A stretch of DNA of 26,524 bases from a virus (lineage: Duplodnaviria; Caudoviricetes), in IMG/VR virus record IMGVR_UViG_3300048576_000508, positions 1 to 26,524 of that record, one strand, 5' to 3'. The notes beneath the pieces are model-generated. The model made no database searches and was not told where the DNA came from. It saw only the letters and a list, made by a program, of their open reading frames with translations. Positions 16,396 to 24,551 of this stretch are shown in pieces; positions within the stretch are counted from its first letter, which is position 1, and every line of letters begins with the position of its first letter. Both the position numbers and the translations under genes were made by a program.

Positions 16396-16414
16396 CGTTT
16401 AAAACACGTTTAAA
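16396..16414 (-). promoter_or_regulatory. Tandem TTTAAACG direct repeat upstream of the protease RBS
   Basis: Copies at 16396-16403 and 16407-16414 (11-bp period) in an AT-rich patch of the G-I intergenic gap, where Mu has the late promoter PI. Confidence 0.4.
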
Positions 16415-16500
16415 TTTGCCTGTATTGCAAGGCAGCTCCGTCGCGCTTGCTCGACACGCCTTGCCGCCTATCTCGAACAGCGGCCCGTTTTCGTGGTCCG

Positions 16501-17031
16501 TCAAAAACTGAGCAATCTTTCCCGTATCAGCTCGACCACCATGGATTGATCACTCTCCGCCAGCTCCAGTTCCGTGCCTCGATTCAGGGCCAGATAGGGG
16601 CGGGCGGGGATGGTCACCTTCCGCCCTCGACCAGCCTGACCTCCGAACTGATGAATGGCAGCATACGGGATGTGGCCTCCGGTCCCGATGGTGACACTGT
16701 CTTTGCTCGCCTGGCTGTGTACGGACCCTTCCAGATCGCCGCGCTCCCAAAGTATCCTCTTGCCCTGCAGGTAGCGGGTTCCCCGCGCTGAAAGGTAGCC
16801 GCTTTTTTTCCAGCCTTTGTTTTTCGCCAAGCCGAGATGCAGGGTCACAGCCGAAAGCGGCGCCCATGGCGTGCCGTCCGGGGACGACTCTGCTTTGAAG
16901 TTCTCCAGCACCCGCCGTTCATAATAAAGGCCGATAGCCTGCATGGTCGGGGTGAGATCGCCGACATTGGCACGCAACCGATCAAGCAGGTCAATGACGC
17001 CCCGATTATCTACGCTTGCGGTGATATCCAC
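16501..17031 (-). CDS. Virion morphogenesis protein (Mu gpG / tail completion S family), about 176 aa
   Basis: Motifs 'NF..E..PDG.PWAPLS..T', 'YAAIHQFGG.AGRG.KVTIPARPYL'. Start uncertain (GTG 17031 preferred over ATG 17067). Confidence 0.9.
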   Translation of the reverse strand: MDITASVDNRGVIDLLDRLRANVGDLTPTMQAIGLYYERRVLENFKAESSPDGTPWAPLSAVTLHLGLAKNKGWKKSGYLSARGTRYLQGKRILWERGDLEGSVHSQASKDSVTIGTGGHIPYAAIHQFGGQAGRGRKVTIPARPYLALNRGTELELAESDQSMVVELIRERLLSF

Positions 17032-17762
17032 GATTCGAGCCCCATTTTCACAATTGCCTGCATCCATGCCTGCGCGATAGCGTCTGGCATCCGCAGCATC
17101 TTCTCGGCCAGCGCATCGGCCAACTGCTGCTTGCCGGCGCTGCCCACGTTGTAATCCCAGCCCTTGTCAGGCATACTCTGCCAATCTTTTGGGCGAGTCC
17201 TCATTTCAGGCCGGGCTGCTTCATACTCGGCCCTGGTGGCCGCCACTGCCCGGCATTTACATCCCCACCCATTGGGCGGATAGTTGATTTGCCAGAAAGG
17301 ATCGCTCCGCGGCAGAATCAAGCCGTCCATGGCCAGGTGGTTGGGCCTCGGGTTACGCACCCCGTCGTTATGGACGTACTTGAGATATTCAATCCCAGCG
17401 GCTTCAAACTGCTGCCAGCGGCCGGCCTGGTAGGCGGTTTGGATATTGGTCCGCCAAATCAGATCACTCCGCCAGGCAGGGCCGCCGCCCCGCAGTTGCC
17501 ACCCGTAACGCTCCACCAGCGGCCGGAACTGCTGGCGGAACTCACGGATATCCAAGCCGCCGGCAATCGCCTGGTCTGTCATGGCCCGCAACTCGGCAAG
17601 CAGATCGGCCCGATAGGCGCCGGCGCTCATAAATCCTTTGCCGTGAGCTTCCCCGGCCAGCTCATCCCACTTGGTGGTGGGAATATCGACCTTGCCGCGG
17701 AACCAGGCGCTGGCCTCCGCAAACGGCAGCTTAAAGGCGCGGGCAAAGTCGGCGTCTTTCAT
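17010..17762 (-). CDS. Head morphogenesis protein (Mu gpF / SPP1 gp7 family), 250 aa
   Basis: Motifs 'LPF.EA...F', 'I..TN..TAYQAGRWQQ', 'RP.H...DG.ILP..DPFW...YPPNGWGCKC'. Confidence 0.93.
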   Translation of the reverse strand: MKDADFARAFKLPFAEASAWFRGKVDIPTTKWDELAGEAHGKGFMSAGAYRADLLAELRAMTDQAIAGGLDIREFRQQFRPLVERYGWQLRGGGPAWRSDLIWRTNIQTAYQAGRWQQFEAAGIEYLKYVHNDGVRNPRPNHLAMDGLILPRSDPFWQINYPPNGWGCKCRAVAATRAEYEAARPEMRTRPKDWQSMPDKGWDYNVGSAGKQQLADALAEKMLRMPDAIAQAWMQAIVKMGLESWISPQA

Positions 17763-19306
17763 TGCTTATCCGACTCCAACTCAGTGGAATATCGCCCTGA
17801 GAGGTTGCCCAACAGATCCATCCTTGCCATAATTTCGCCCAGGCGCTCGGGCTCATCTCCGGCAAACAACTCAATCAGCCGATCACGAAACTGCTCCAGG
17901 GTCTCTACCTGACCCAGCAAAGCATCGGCCGCATCAACCATGCTCGCCGCAGGCTGCGCAGACTGCTCCCGCGCCCAGGCCAGCAGGGCCTCTTCAATCG
18001 CGCCGCCGGTCGACCGCTCGGCAAACTCCTGTTTTGCATCCTGCTGAGGCTGCGCCGCGCCGGTTGACGAATTCTCCATTACAGCCTCGCCGACCTCCAC
18101 CTCATTCTCCAGGAATCCGTAACGGCGCACATAATAAGACTTCTTGATCTTCAATCCGGATTCAGTCAAGGTCTTGTCCCGGTTTGCAAAATCTGCTTGC
18201 GGATCCTCGCTTTCAAACCAAGAGAACACCGGCGCCGGAACCTCCGGAGCGTTGATGTCGCGATAGATCTTGCCGATCTCATCCATCACGCCCTTGACCA
18301 ACCGCTGATCCGCCTCGCGGTAATCCTCCAGAACATCCTCATGGGTCTTGCTGGCCGCGTAGCTGCCGTTCTCGCCCACCTCAGCGGTCAGAGTCTGCCC
18401 CATGAGCACCTGGCTGATCTCGGCGTCCATCGCAGCGCGCAACCGGTCGAAGGTGTCGGTCGAGCTTGACCCGGACGATCCGCCCTGATCAAGAAACTCG
18501 ATCACGTTGCCGTCAGGGATCACCGCCACCGCGTCCTGCACCATCTTGGCCAGGGCGCCCAGCAGGGTCTGCTGCTCGTCTGGGGTTGCCCCTTGGCGAT
18601 ATTTGCCCACCAGAAAAGGCATGCCGTACTTCTCGGCAAAGGTGACCCAAAACTTGGTCCCGCCTTTTTTGAAGGCCACTGGCCACAAACAGCGCGACAG
18701 CAACCGAAGGCCAAAGGGGTTGTCATAAGTGGGGAAGTGCCGCGCAAACACCATCTTTCCCCAGGGGATTTCATCGCCTTCGGTCTGATTGGCCAGCGAG
18801 CGAAATCGCGGGTTGTTCTCTTGATCAAACCCAAACCATCGGCTGGGCAACACCCGGACATTGGCCAGATGAATCGATCCGTCTCTCGGCTCCCAAAACA
18901 ACTCGGCAGGGGTCATGCCGTAATAGGGGGCATCCAGCAGGCCGGAAAGCAGGTCATACATCCCCACGCCCTCCAGATCGGCCGTGAGATCCTTGCATAG
19001 CTGCTCGGCGCGGGTATCGTCCTGGCCGTCAACGGTTCCCGGGTTAAACTCGTACTCCCGCTTGAGCGATCCCAGCTTGCGCGTTTGAATGGCGGTCAAC
19101 ACCTTGCCGTCCGACGTCAGTTCTTCCAACACTTCCACGCCGTCGCCCCGCTTGCGCAGGATCGGGTCCGGATCCGGCAGCAACCCGATCATGGAGCTGT
19201 AGTCCCAGGCCAATGACCTGCTGGCCACCTCCTGGGTCAGGCTGCTCCGGCTCGGGCCCGCAAAATCAATGTATTTGGTGGGGCTGACCCACAATCCGGT
19301 TGTCAT
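17759..19306 (-). CDS. Portal protein (Mu gp29/DUF935 family), 515 aa
   Basis: Motifs 'LPDPDPILRK', 'LDAPYYG', 'FAEKYGMP..VGKY', 'EIS.V.MGQTLT', 'GSYAASKTH'. Confidence 0.93.
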   Translation of the reverse strand: MTTGLWVSPTKYIDFAGPSRSSLTQEVASRSLAWDYSSMIGLLPDPDPILRKRGDGVEVLEELTSDGKVLTAIQTRKLGSLKREYEFNPGTVDGQDDTRAEQLCKDLTADLEGVGMYDLLSGLLDAPYYGMTPAELFWEPRDGSIHLANVRVLPSRWFGFDQENNPRFRSLANQTEGDEIPWGKMVFARHFPTYDNPFGLRLLSRCLWPVAFKKGGTKFWVTFAEKYGMPFLVGKYRQGATPDEQQTLLGALAKMVQDAVAVIPDGNVIEFLDQGGSSGSSSTDTFDRLRAAMDAEISQVLMGQTLTAEVGENGSYAASKTHEDVLEDYREADQRLVKGVMDEIGKIYRDINAPEVPAPVFSWFESEDPQADFANRDKTLTESGLKIKKSYYVRRYGFLENEVEVGEAVMENSSTGAAQPQQDAKQEFAERSTGGAIEEALLAWAREQSAQPAASMVDAADALLGQVETLEQFRDRLIELFAGDEPERLGEIMARMDLLGNLSGRYSTELESDKQ

Positions 19307-20793
19307 TAAAATCCCCTGAACATGTCTTTTGCCTCACGGGGCAGACTGGAAAAAACCTCGGTGTCGCTGATTTCCATCCGGGTTGCCGACACCGCCATAG
19401 CAGTTGCAATCGCCGCGTCTCCATGCCTTTGGCGGCCATCCGCCCCTTGGGTCTTTGTGTCCGGGAGCTTCGCAACGCCCCTGATCATCTTGATTGCCCG
19501 ATAATCATCCAGGTGGTCCGCATCCTGAGCGACCTCGATCACCCCATCTTCAAAAAATTGTTTGAATCTTGGCATTTCGTCGCGGTACCAAGCTTCCGAA
19601 AGCATCACCTGTTCGATCCTGTCGGGCCCAAAATGTTGCATTGCCCGTTCTGCCAAATACTGGCCATTGCCCCTGGCGTCGAATTTACCGTAGGTAAACC
19701 TTGGCAATCGCTTGATGATGAAACACATGATCCATTCTTGTTCCGTAAACGGCACGTTCGCCAGCTCTACCACGAACGGCTGGCGGTATCGCACGTTCGC
19801 CAACTCTGCCAATGGCGAGAACACGGATAAATCGCCGGTGCGCGCAAAGTCTTCTCCAAAATAATGCCGCCTGGCAGGGTCCAGCGAAGCCAACAGGGGC
19901 GCAAGCGTTTCATTGCTCCATTCTTCGGCCTCGCGATTCCTGATATGATCCGGCAATAAAGCAAATTCGTTTTTGCAAGCCCACCTGAGAACTGGGATAT
20001 CGGCTCGCATACACCGCTCAATAATGACTGTGGGCAAATAGGTCCCGCCTCCCTGGCTGGGGATGCAAAGCAACTCTTCGTCGGCGCCGCTGCCATACTG
20101 GGCCACCAACTTCTCGCGCCACTGATCCTCGGCATCCTGTGACCATTCCTTGCCCAGACGCAGACAAATGCGCTCATACAGACCCTCGCTCAGCGCGTCG
20201 TCAATGGTCACCCGATGCAGGCTATACGGCTTCTTGCCGGCCCGGACCTCGTTGATTACCTCGTTGAACGGGTTGGTGTCGCCATCGTGAGTAGAAATGA
20301 TGACGACCCGGCCACCCCACATCAACAACGCCATTGCCGCTTTGATCAATTCCCCAAGGTTGTCATGGAAGGCAGCCTCATCGATGACGACCTTGCCTTG
20401 TTTGCCGCGCAGGTTGGACGGCCGGCTGGAGAGCGCAACAATCTTGTGCCCAGAGGCGCATCGGATGCGAAAGGCAAGGATATCCTTGTCTTCATCCTTC
20501 AGGACAAACTCCTCGACCGCTGAAGCTGCCTTGTTGTAGTGCTTGAGCCAGTCGCCACAGTCTTCTATAAATTCCTGCGCCATGTCCTTGTTGTAACCGA
20601 TGTACCACACATCCATGCCGCTACGGCTGGCAGCCAGCAGGCTGTCATCGGCAGCCTCCGCCCAGGAAATGCCGATACGGCGCGATTTCTCATATATTTT
20701 CACATCGGCTTGATCTTCAAGCCACCGTTGCTGGTAAGGCAACAAGGCCATAGGCGCGCGGCTGGATCGATCCTCTTTGGCAAGCGTGGCCAT
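19306..20793 (-). CDS. terL: Terminase large subunit (Mu gp28-like), 495 aa
   Basis: 'LLPYQ..W', Walker A-like 'EKSRRIGISW', Walker B 'VVIDEAAF', nuclease motifs 'GEDFAR.GD' and 'HGDAA'. Confidence 0.95.
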   Translation of the reverse strand: MATLAKEDRSSRAPMALLPYQQRWLEDQADVKIYEKSRRIGISWAEAADDSLLAASRSGMDVWYIGYNKDMAQEFIEDCGDWLKHYNKAASAVEEFVLKDEDKDILAFRIRCASGHKIVALSSRPSNLRGKQGKVVIDEAAFHDNLGELIKAAMALLMWGGRVVIISTHDGDTNPFNEVINEVRAGKKPYSLHRVTIDDALSEGLYERICLRLGKEWSQDAEDQWREKLVAQYGSGADEELLCIPSQGGGTYLPTVIIERCMRADIPVLRWACKNEFALLPDHIRNREAEEWSNETLAPLLASLDPARRHYFGEDFARTGDLSVFSPLAELANVRYRQPFVVELANVPFTEQEWIMCFIIKRLPRFTYGKFDARGNGQYLAERAMQHFGPDRIEQVMLSEAWYRDEMPRFKQFFEDGVIEVAQDADHLDDYRAIKMIRGVAKLPDTKTQGADGRQRHGDAAIATAMAVSATRMEISDTEVFSSLPREAKDMFRGF

Positions 20794-21401
20794 CAGCTTT
20801 TCAATCCCAGTATTTTTCGCCGAATAATTTCGGCCGCATCATCCGACAACCCACCGATTGCCTCCGGCTCTTCAGCCGAGGCGGCTGTCTTGCGCTCCAA
20901 CATATCCATAGCCGCCAGCAGCTCCTGAATAGCTTTGAGGCTAATCGCCCCGGGCTGCTGGGTCAGGGCGGCAATCCTGGCCTGCACCGCCAAGCGCAAG
21001 GCCTCGACCATATCCCCACCATCGGGCAACGGACCTGCAGCAGCATCCACCGGCGCCGAGGCTGGACCGCTGGTGGCCATCCGCTCCCGGGCCTCAGCCT
21101 CGATTTGTTTGCCCGCGCTGACCAGGGCCCCAAAGGCATAGGCTTTTTGCGGGTCCTCGCTTTCAATGACGGATGCAATCACCTTGGCTTTAGCCAGCAT
21201 CACCCCCCGCCGTACCGACACCTGAGCAGCCCGATACTCCTTGCGCCGGTCCGGCCACGATGGATTGGAGTCGCCGGACCACCGCTTGAGCTGACTCACC
21301 GACACCCCGGTGCGCTCGGCCACCTGGTCGAAAGTCAGGCCGTCGAGGATGTACATCTCCTCGGCGGCTTCAATGATGTCCCAGCCGTAGCTTTCCGGCA
21401 T
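20793..21401 (-). CDS. Terminase small subunit candidate with N-terminal HTH, 202 aa
   Basis: Start moved to ATG 21401, just after the upstream stop. HTH 'LTFDQVAERTGVSVSQLKRW' and C-terminal 'GLSDDAAEIIRRKILG' as in Mu-like gp27-position genes. Confidence 0.75.
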   Translation of the reverse strand: MPESYGWDIIEAAEEMYILDGLTFDQVAERTGVSVSQLKRWSGDSNPSWPDRRKEYRAAQVSVRRGVMLAKAKVIASVIESEDPQKAYAFGALVSAGKQIEAEARERMATSGPASAPVDAAAGPLPDGGDMVEALRLAVQARIAALTQQPGAISLKAIQELLAAMDMLERKTAASAEEPEAIGGLSDDAAEIIRRKILGLKS

Positions 21402-21402
21402 A

Positions 21403-21648
21403 TCAGATCCCCAGCGCCCGCCGTAAAGCTGCGGTTTCTTCGCGCAGCCCCATGTATTCCGCATGCTTGCCCGCGAACTCAATCACTTGCGCAAGGGCCT
21501 GGTCCGCCTTCATCTCATGAATTGGCGCGAATGGCTCAAGTATGGCCCGTGTGGCGCTGATGTCTCCCCTCATGGAAGATTCGAGTTCCCGCAGCCTCTG
21601 CTCTTTCTCCGCTAACAACCCTCGCCGCGTTAAACGTTCGGTGTCCAT
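21403..21648 (-). CDS. Hypothetical coiled-coil protein, 81 aa
   Basis: AGGGAG RBS before ATG 21648, tightly packed between its neighbours. Confidence 0.75.
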   Translation of the reverse strand: MDTERLTRRGLLAEKEQRLRELESSMRGDISATRAILEPFAPIHEMKADQALAQVIEFAGKHAEYMGLREETAALRRALGI

Positions 21649-21649
21649 G

Positions 21650-22048
21650 TCAATCTCCCTTGAGCAGTCGCCCATCAATCCGGTCGACCAGTTTGGTCAT
21701 GGCCTGGGTGGACAGATGGATGACGCCGGCCAGATCGTTGGCCAATTTTTCATAATTCTGCACGAGGATGACGTTGTTCTCATAGTTCCGCACCACGGCT
21801 TCAAATCGCTTTTCCTGATCGACCATCATGCGCATCACCATCTCGCGGAACCCTGAGATGTCCTCACGGTGCTTGATCTCCCTGTCGGTCTCGATTTGCA
21901 TGGCCATCAGGCGGGAACGTTCGGCCCGGCGATGATCCATGTACATGAAGGCCATGATGATGGTCGGCGCCAGCATGCAGATGACCAACAAGCCAGGAGC
22001 TCCCAATGTGGTGACCAGATTGTTGATAATGCTCAGTTCTCCGCTCAA
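21650..22048 (-). CDS. Membrane-anchored coiled-coil protein, 132 aa (lysis accessory or Mu gp25 position)
   Basis: TTG start overlapping the upstream stop, one N-terminal TM segment, then an amphipathic helix. Confidence 0.65.
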   Translation of the reverse strand: MSGELSIINNLVTTLGAPGLLVICMLAPTIIMAFMYMDHRRAERSRLMAMQIETDREIKHREDISGFREMVMRMMVDQEKRFEAVVRNYENNVILVQNYEKLANDLAGVIHLSTQAMTKLVDRIDGRLLKGD

Positions 22049-22251
22049 ATCCGTCCCCTTTCAAATTTTTGCTGACAAACGATGCATCTGGTGCATCCTG
22101 GAGCCGCTTTCCGTCGGTTTTCGGGGATTATCTCCCCGCACTCCTCACACTCTTCCGCCGCAGCGCCGCTTGGCGCTTGGGCCAGCTGCCGCGCAAGCGC
22201 CAAGCGCTCGAAATGCTCTTGGTTGCGCTGGGCGATATCTGCATCGTCCAT
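22045..22251 (-). CDS. TraR/DksA C4 zinc-finger protein, 68 aa
   Basis: N-terminal DxxDxA (DDADIA) and CEECGEIIPENRRKAAPGCTRCIVCQ. Confidence 0.93.
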   Translation of the reverse strand: MDDADIAQRNQEHFERLALARQLAQAPSGAAAEECEECGEIIPENRRKAAPGCTRCIVCQQKFERGRI

Positions 22252-22547
22252 CAGCGAGCGTCCGTGCTACCGGAAGAAGAGCCATAGTTCTCGGCAATCA
22301 CGATAGCTTTTGGCGGCAAATCATGATTGTCCGCATGCCCCACAATCAATCGGGCAATGTTGGCCGCTGCGTTTTTCTCCACCTTGTGGCCAATGCCAAC
22401 CAGGCCGAATCCGAACAGAATAGCCTGCAATCCCAGGGCGAAAAGCACCGCCCGCAGCTCAGTGGCCAAAAGGCCCATGCCGATCAGGGCGAGGCCCAGC
22501 AGGCAAAGCCCGCCGGCAGCCGCCCATGTTTTCCATCCGCCCATCAC
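22251..22547 (-). CDS. Holin candidate, 98 aa with two TM segments
   Basis: 'GWKTW' N-terminus, two hydrophobic helices, charged tail, located in the lysis cassette. Confidence 0.6.
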   Translation of the reverse strand: MMGGWKTWAAAGGLCLLGLALIGMGLLATELRAVLFALGLQAILFGFGLVGIGHKVEKNAAANIARLIVGHADNHDLPPKAIVIAENYGSSSGSTDAR

Positions 22548-23026
22548 TGTGCTATCCCCAACCGTGCCGCAGCAGTCTCCTGCACAATGGCCACCAGCTC
22601 CCGCACCATCACGCGCTTACCGGGACCATCCACAGCATCCGCCGAGAGCCGCTGCGTGATTTCGGCCTTGATCAGCAGCAGCAAATCGCCGAAAGAGGCC
22701 GATGTAGCGGGATCGAGGTTGAGCCGCTCAGTCTCCCGACTGATAATGTCGTCCACTGCCGCCGGCAGGGCGACATAATCGGCAGACAGGCCGGCAAGCA
22801 GGGCCGTCGATACGGCGTAGGCTGGCGCCACGGTGTCAGGCCGCGCTGTGAACGCCAGCCCTACCGCCACTCGCAGCGTGGCCGCCTCCACCGCGTCCAC
22901 CTTGCCGTTGCCCAGGGTGGATGTGCTGGTGGTGCAGCCGTACAGTCCGTACAGCGCCAGCAGTAGCATGATGAACAAGATGCCGACCATTGCGTCCCAG
23001 GCAGATTGTCTATTGAGAGTTGCCAT
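22544..23026 (-). CDS. Putative lipoprotein, 160 aa (possible spanin component)
   Basis: Hydrophobic leader ending LYG-C (imperfect lipobox), then a Thr/Ser linker and helical body. Confidence 0.55.
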   Translation of the reverse strand: MATLNRQSAWDAMVGILFIMLLLALYGLYGCTTSTSTLGNGKVDAVEAATLRVAVGLAFTARPDTVAPAYAVSTALLAGLSADYVALPAAVDDIISRETERLNLDPATSASFGDLLLLIKAEITQRLSADAVDGPGKRVMVRELVAIVQETAAARLGIAQ

Positions 23027-23327
23027 TTGCGTTCATTCCTCTTTTGCGCACCCATCGTGCGTGTAGTTTTTGCAACCAGGCTATTCGGTCTGGTCGTGGT
23101 TTTTGCGGTGCACCCACTCGTTTTAACTCAGCGATGGGCGCCGCTTGCGTCTTTTCCTTTGGCGGCCGTCCCCGCCGTTTGGGCGCGGCGCCCGGGGAGG
23201 GTTCAGGCTTTGGCTTAGGCGGCCTGCCGCGGCGCTTGGGTTCCTTTTCTGGGGCAAGTTCGGTTTTTGGTTTTGGTCGCCTGCCACGCTTTTTAGGTGC
23301 GTCCGAACACTCCAGGGAAGTCCTCAT
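23010..23327 (-). CDS. AT-hook repeat protein, 105 aa
   Basis: GGAG RBS 5 nt before ATG 23327. Contains PKKRGRRPKPK, PKRRGRPPKPK and PKRRGRPPKEK. Confidence 0.75.
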   Translation of the reverse strand: MRTSLECSDAPKKRGRRPKPKTELAPEKEPKRRGRPPKPKPEPSPGAAPKRRGRPPKEKTQAAPIAELKRVGAPQKPRPDRIAWLQKLHARWVRKRGMNANGNSQ

Positions 23328-23829
23328 GCTTGCTCCAGTTTTTGTAATGGATGTACTGCTCGCCGTTCTGGCACCTGACCAGCAGCTCGGGTGAACGGAA
23401 TTTCAGGCATGCCAGGGTGACGCTCAACGTCACGGTTCCCATGATCCCATCCACCGGAAGATCGTTGAACAGCCGACCTTTGGCATTGAGCGCGTTCAGC
23501 GCCCGCTGTAGAAACTTGACCCCATTGACCTTGCCGCAGTTGACCGACGCCTCGAACAGCTCCTCGGCCACTTCCTGGCCTGCCAGATCGATCTCTGGGC
23601 ACCTGAGGGGCCCCCAGAACTCTGCTCGGTAAAACTTCCGCACCATGTCCGTCAAATCAGGGTCGGTGGTAAGTGGCGCGCCGTACTCGCGGCAATCCTC
23701 TATTTCCTTCCATCCTGGCCACTCCGGATGTTTGGTGCGGTCGATGCCCATGTAGGTCTCATGACCATCAACAATGGCGTGGCCGCCCTCGTGTTTCATG
23801 GTTTGGGCAAATGCGCGTTCAAAGCTCAT
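23293..23829 (-). CDS. Endolysin, glycoside hydrolase family 108 with C-terminal peptidoglycan-binding region, 178 aa
   Basis: Motifs 'F..AF......EGG', 'ETYMGI', 'FYR..FW', 'LF...VN.G', 'LQRALN', 'VDG..G..T'. Confidence 0.9.
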   Translation of the reverse strand: MSFERAFAQTMKHEGGHAIVDGHETYMGIDRTKHPEWPGWKEIEDCREYGAPLTTDPDLTDMVRKFYRAEFWGPLRCPEIDLAGQEVAEELFEASVNCGKVNGVKFLQRALNALNAKGRLFNDLPVDGIMGTVTLSVTLACLKFRSPELLVRCQNGEQYIHYKNWSKHEDFPGVFGRT

Positions 23830-23838
23830 GGCAGCCGC

Positions 23839-24183
23839 TCACTTGCCGATCAGGATGATGATCTGAGGAGCCGGGCCAACATCCGGAAGGGTGAATGGCG
23901 CCGACTTTGGGCTTTCGGTGCCGTCGCCAAATGCCGCAGTTAAGGTGAAGTCAGTAGAACGACGCGTCAGGCTGACAGAGCAATCACCGGAGGTGATGGT
24001 CGCGCCTGCCCACTCGCACACCTTCGCGGAATCTTGGTACAACCGAAAGCCCTGGACGCTAATATCTTCAGGCGGCGTGTACCCCCATTCAACATGTATT
24101 GATCGTGTCCATCCATCGGCCGCCTGGGCGGCGCCGATACAGCCAATTGTCAACAGCAGAATCAGAATCAGTCGTTTGCCCAT
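23839..24183 (-). CDS. Secreted fibronectin type III-like protein, 114 aa
   Basis: Start moved to ATG 24183 (GGAGG RBS). Signal peptide ends AQA-A. FN3 pattern 'W...P....GFRLY...FTLTA....G.ES..S.P' with a Cys pair. Confidence 0.7.
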   Translation of the reverse strand: MGKRLILILLLTIGCIGAAQAADGWTRSIHVEWGYTPPEDISVQGFRLYQDSAKVCEWAGATITSGDCSVSLTRRSTDFTLTAAFGDGTESPKSAPFTLPDVGPAPQIIILIGK

Positions 24184-24341
24184 GCCATCCTCCAGGTGAT
24201 GTGCCTCGCAAAGGGCGGCTACCCGTTCCCGCCCATGAAACAAAAGTCAAGCGACGCAGCTCAACTTGACAAATAGAGTTGTACTGCATCATCGATAGGG
24301 TAATTAGCTGTTGCAGTTCGGTTAATTAGGGAATTGCCGGC
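24184..24341 (-). promoter_or_regulatory. Intergenic control region, candidate late promoter and structured leader
   Basis: Largest non-coding gap. Two TAATTAG copies (24301, 24323), a -10-like TACAAC (24283-24278) on the - strand, and inverted repeats at 24246-24270 and 24213-24234. Confidence 0.4.
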
Positions 24342-24551
24342 CTATTCTGATGTTCCGTACAGCTCAGCCAATCGTTGATACTCCAGCCGTTGCGACTCAA
24401 TAGCGTCGATTCGCTCGCACGGCTCAACCTGTAGCGGATTGCACTTGTTTATGGGCGTGCCGCAATACAGGTTCTGCCATATCACATTGCCGGACACGGC
24501 GATGACCAGCGCCAGGAAAGCCGCGACAAGGGCGGTGATAATCGTACGCAT
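24342..24551 (-). CDS. Small membrane-anchored or secreted protein, 69 aa
   Basis: TGATG overlap with the upstream gene, N-terminal hydrophobic helix, three Cys. Confidence 0.65.
   Translation of the reverse strand: MRTIITALVAAFLALVIAVSGNVIWQNLYCGTPINKCNPLQVEPCERIDAIESQRLEYQRLAELYGTSE

Noticed and set aside
14900-16402. 500-aa + strand ORF
   Set aside because: Antisense to the clearly identified capsid, decoration and protease genes.
24266-24294. Perfect TTGACA on the + strand as a sigma70 promoter
   Set aside because: The hexamer 17 nt downstream is TCATCG, a poor -10, and no credible + strand gene follows.
24184-24341. Intergenic gap as the DGR template repeat
   Set aside because: No run of in-frame AAC/AAT codons and no near-copy found by eye elsewhere in the window. 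The TR more likely lies upstream of the RT, outside the window.
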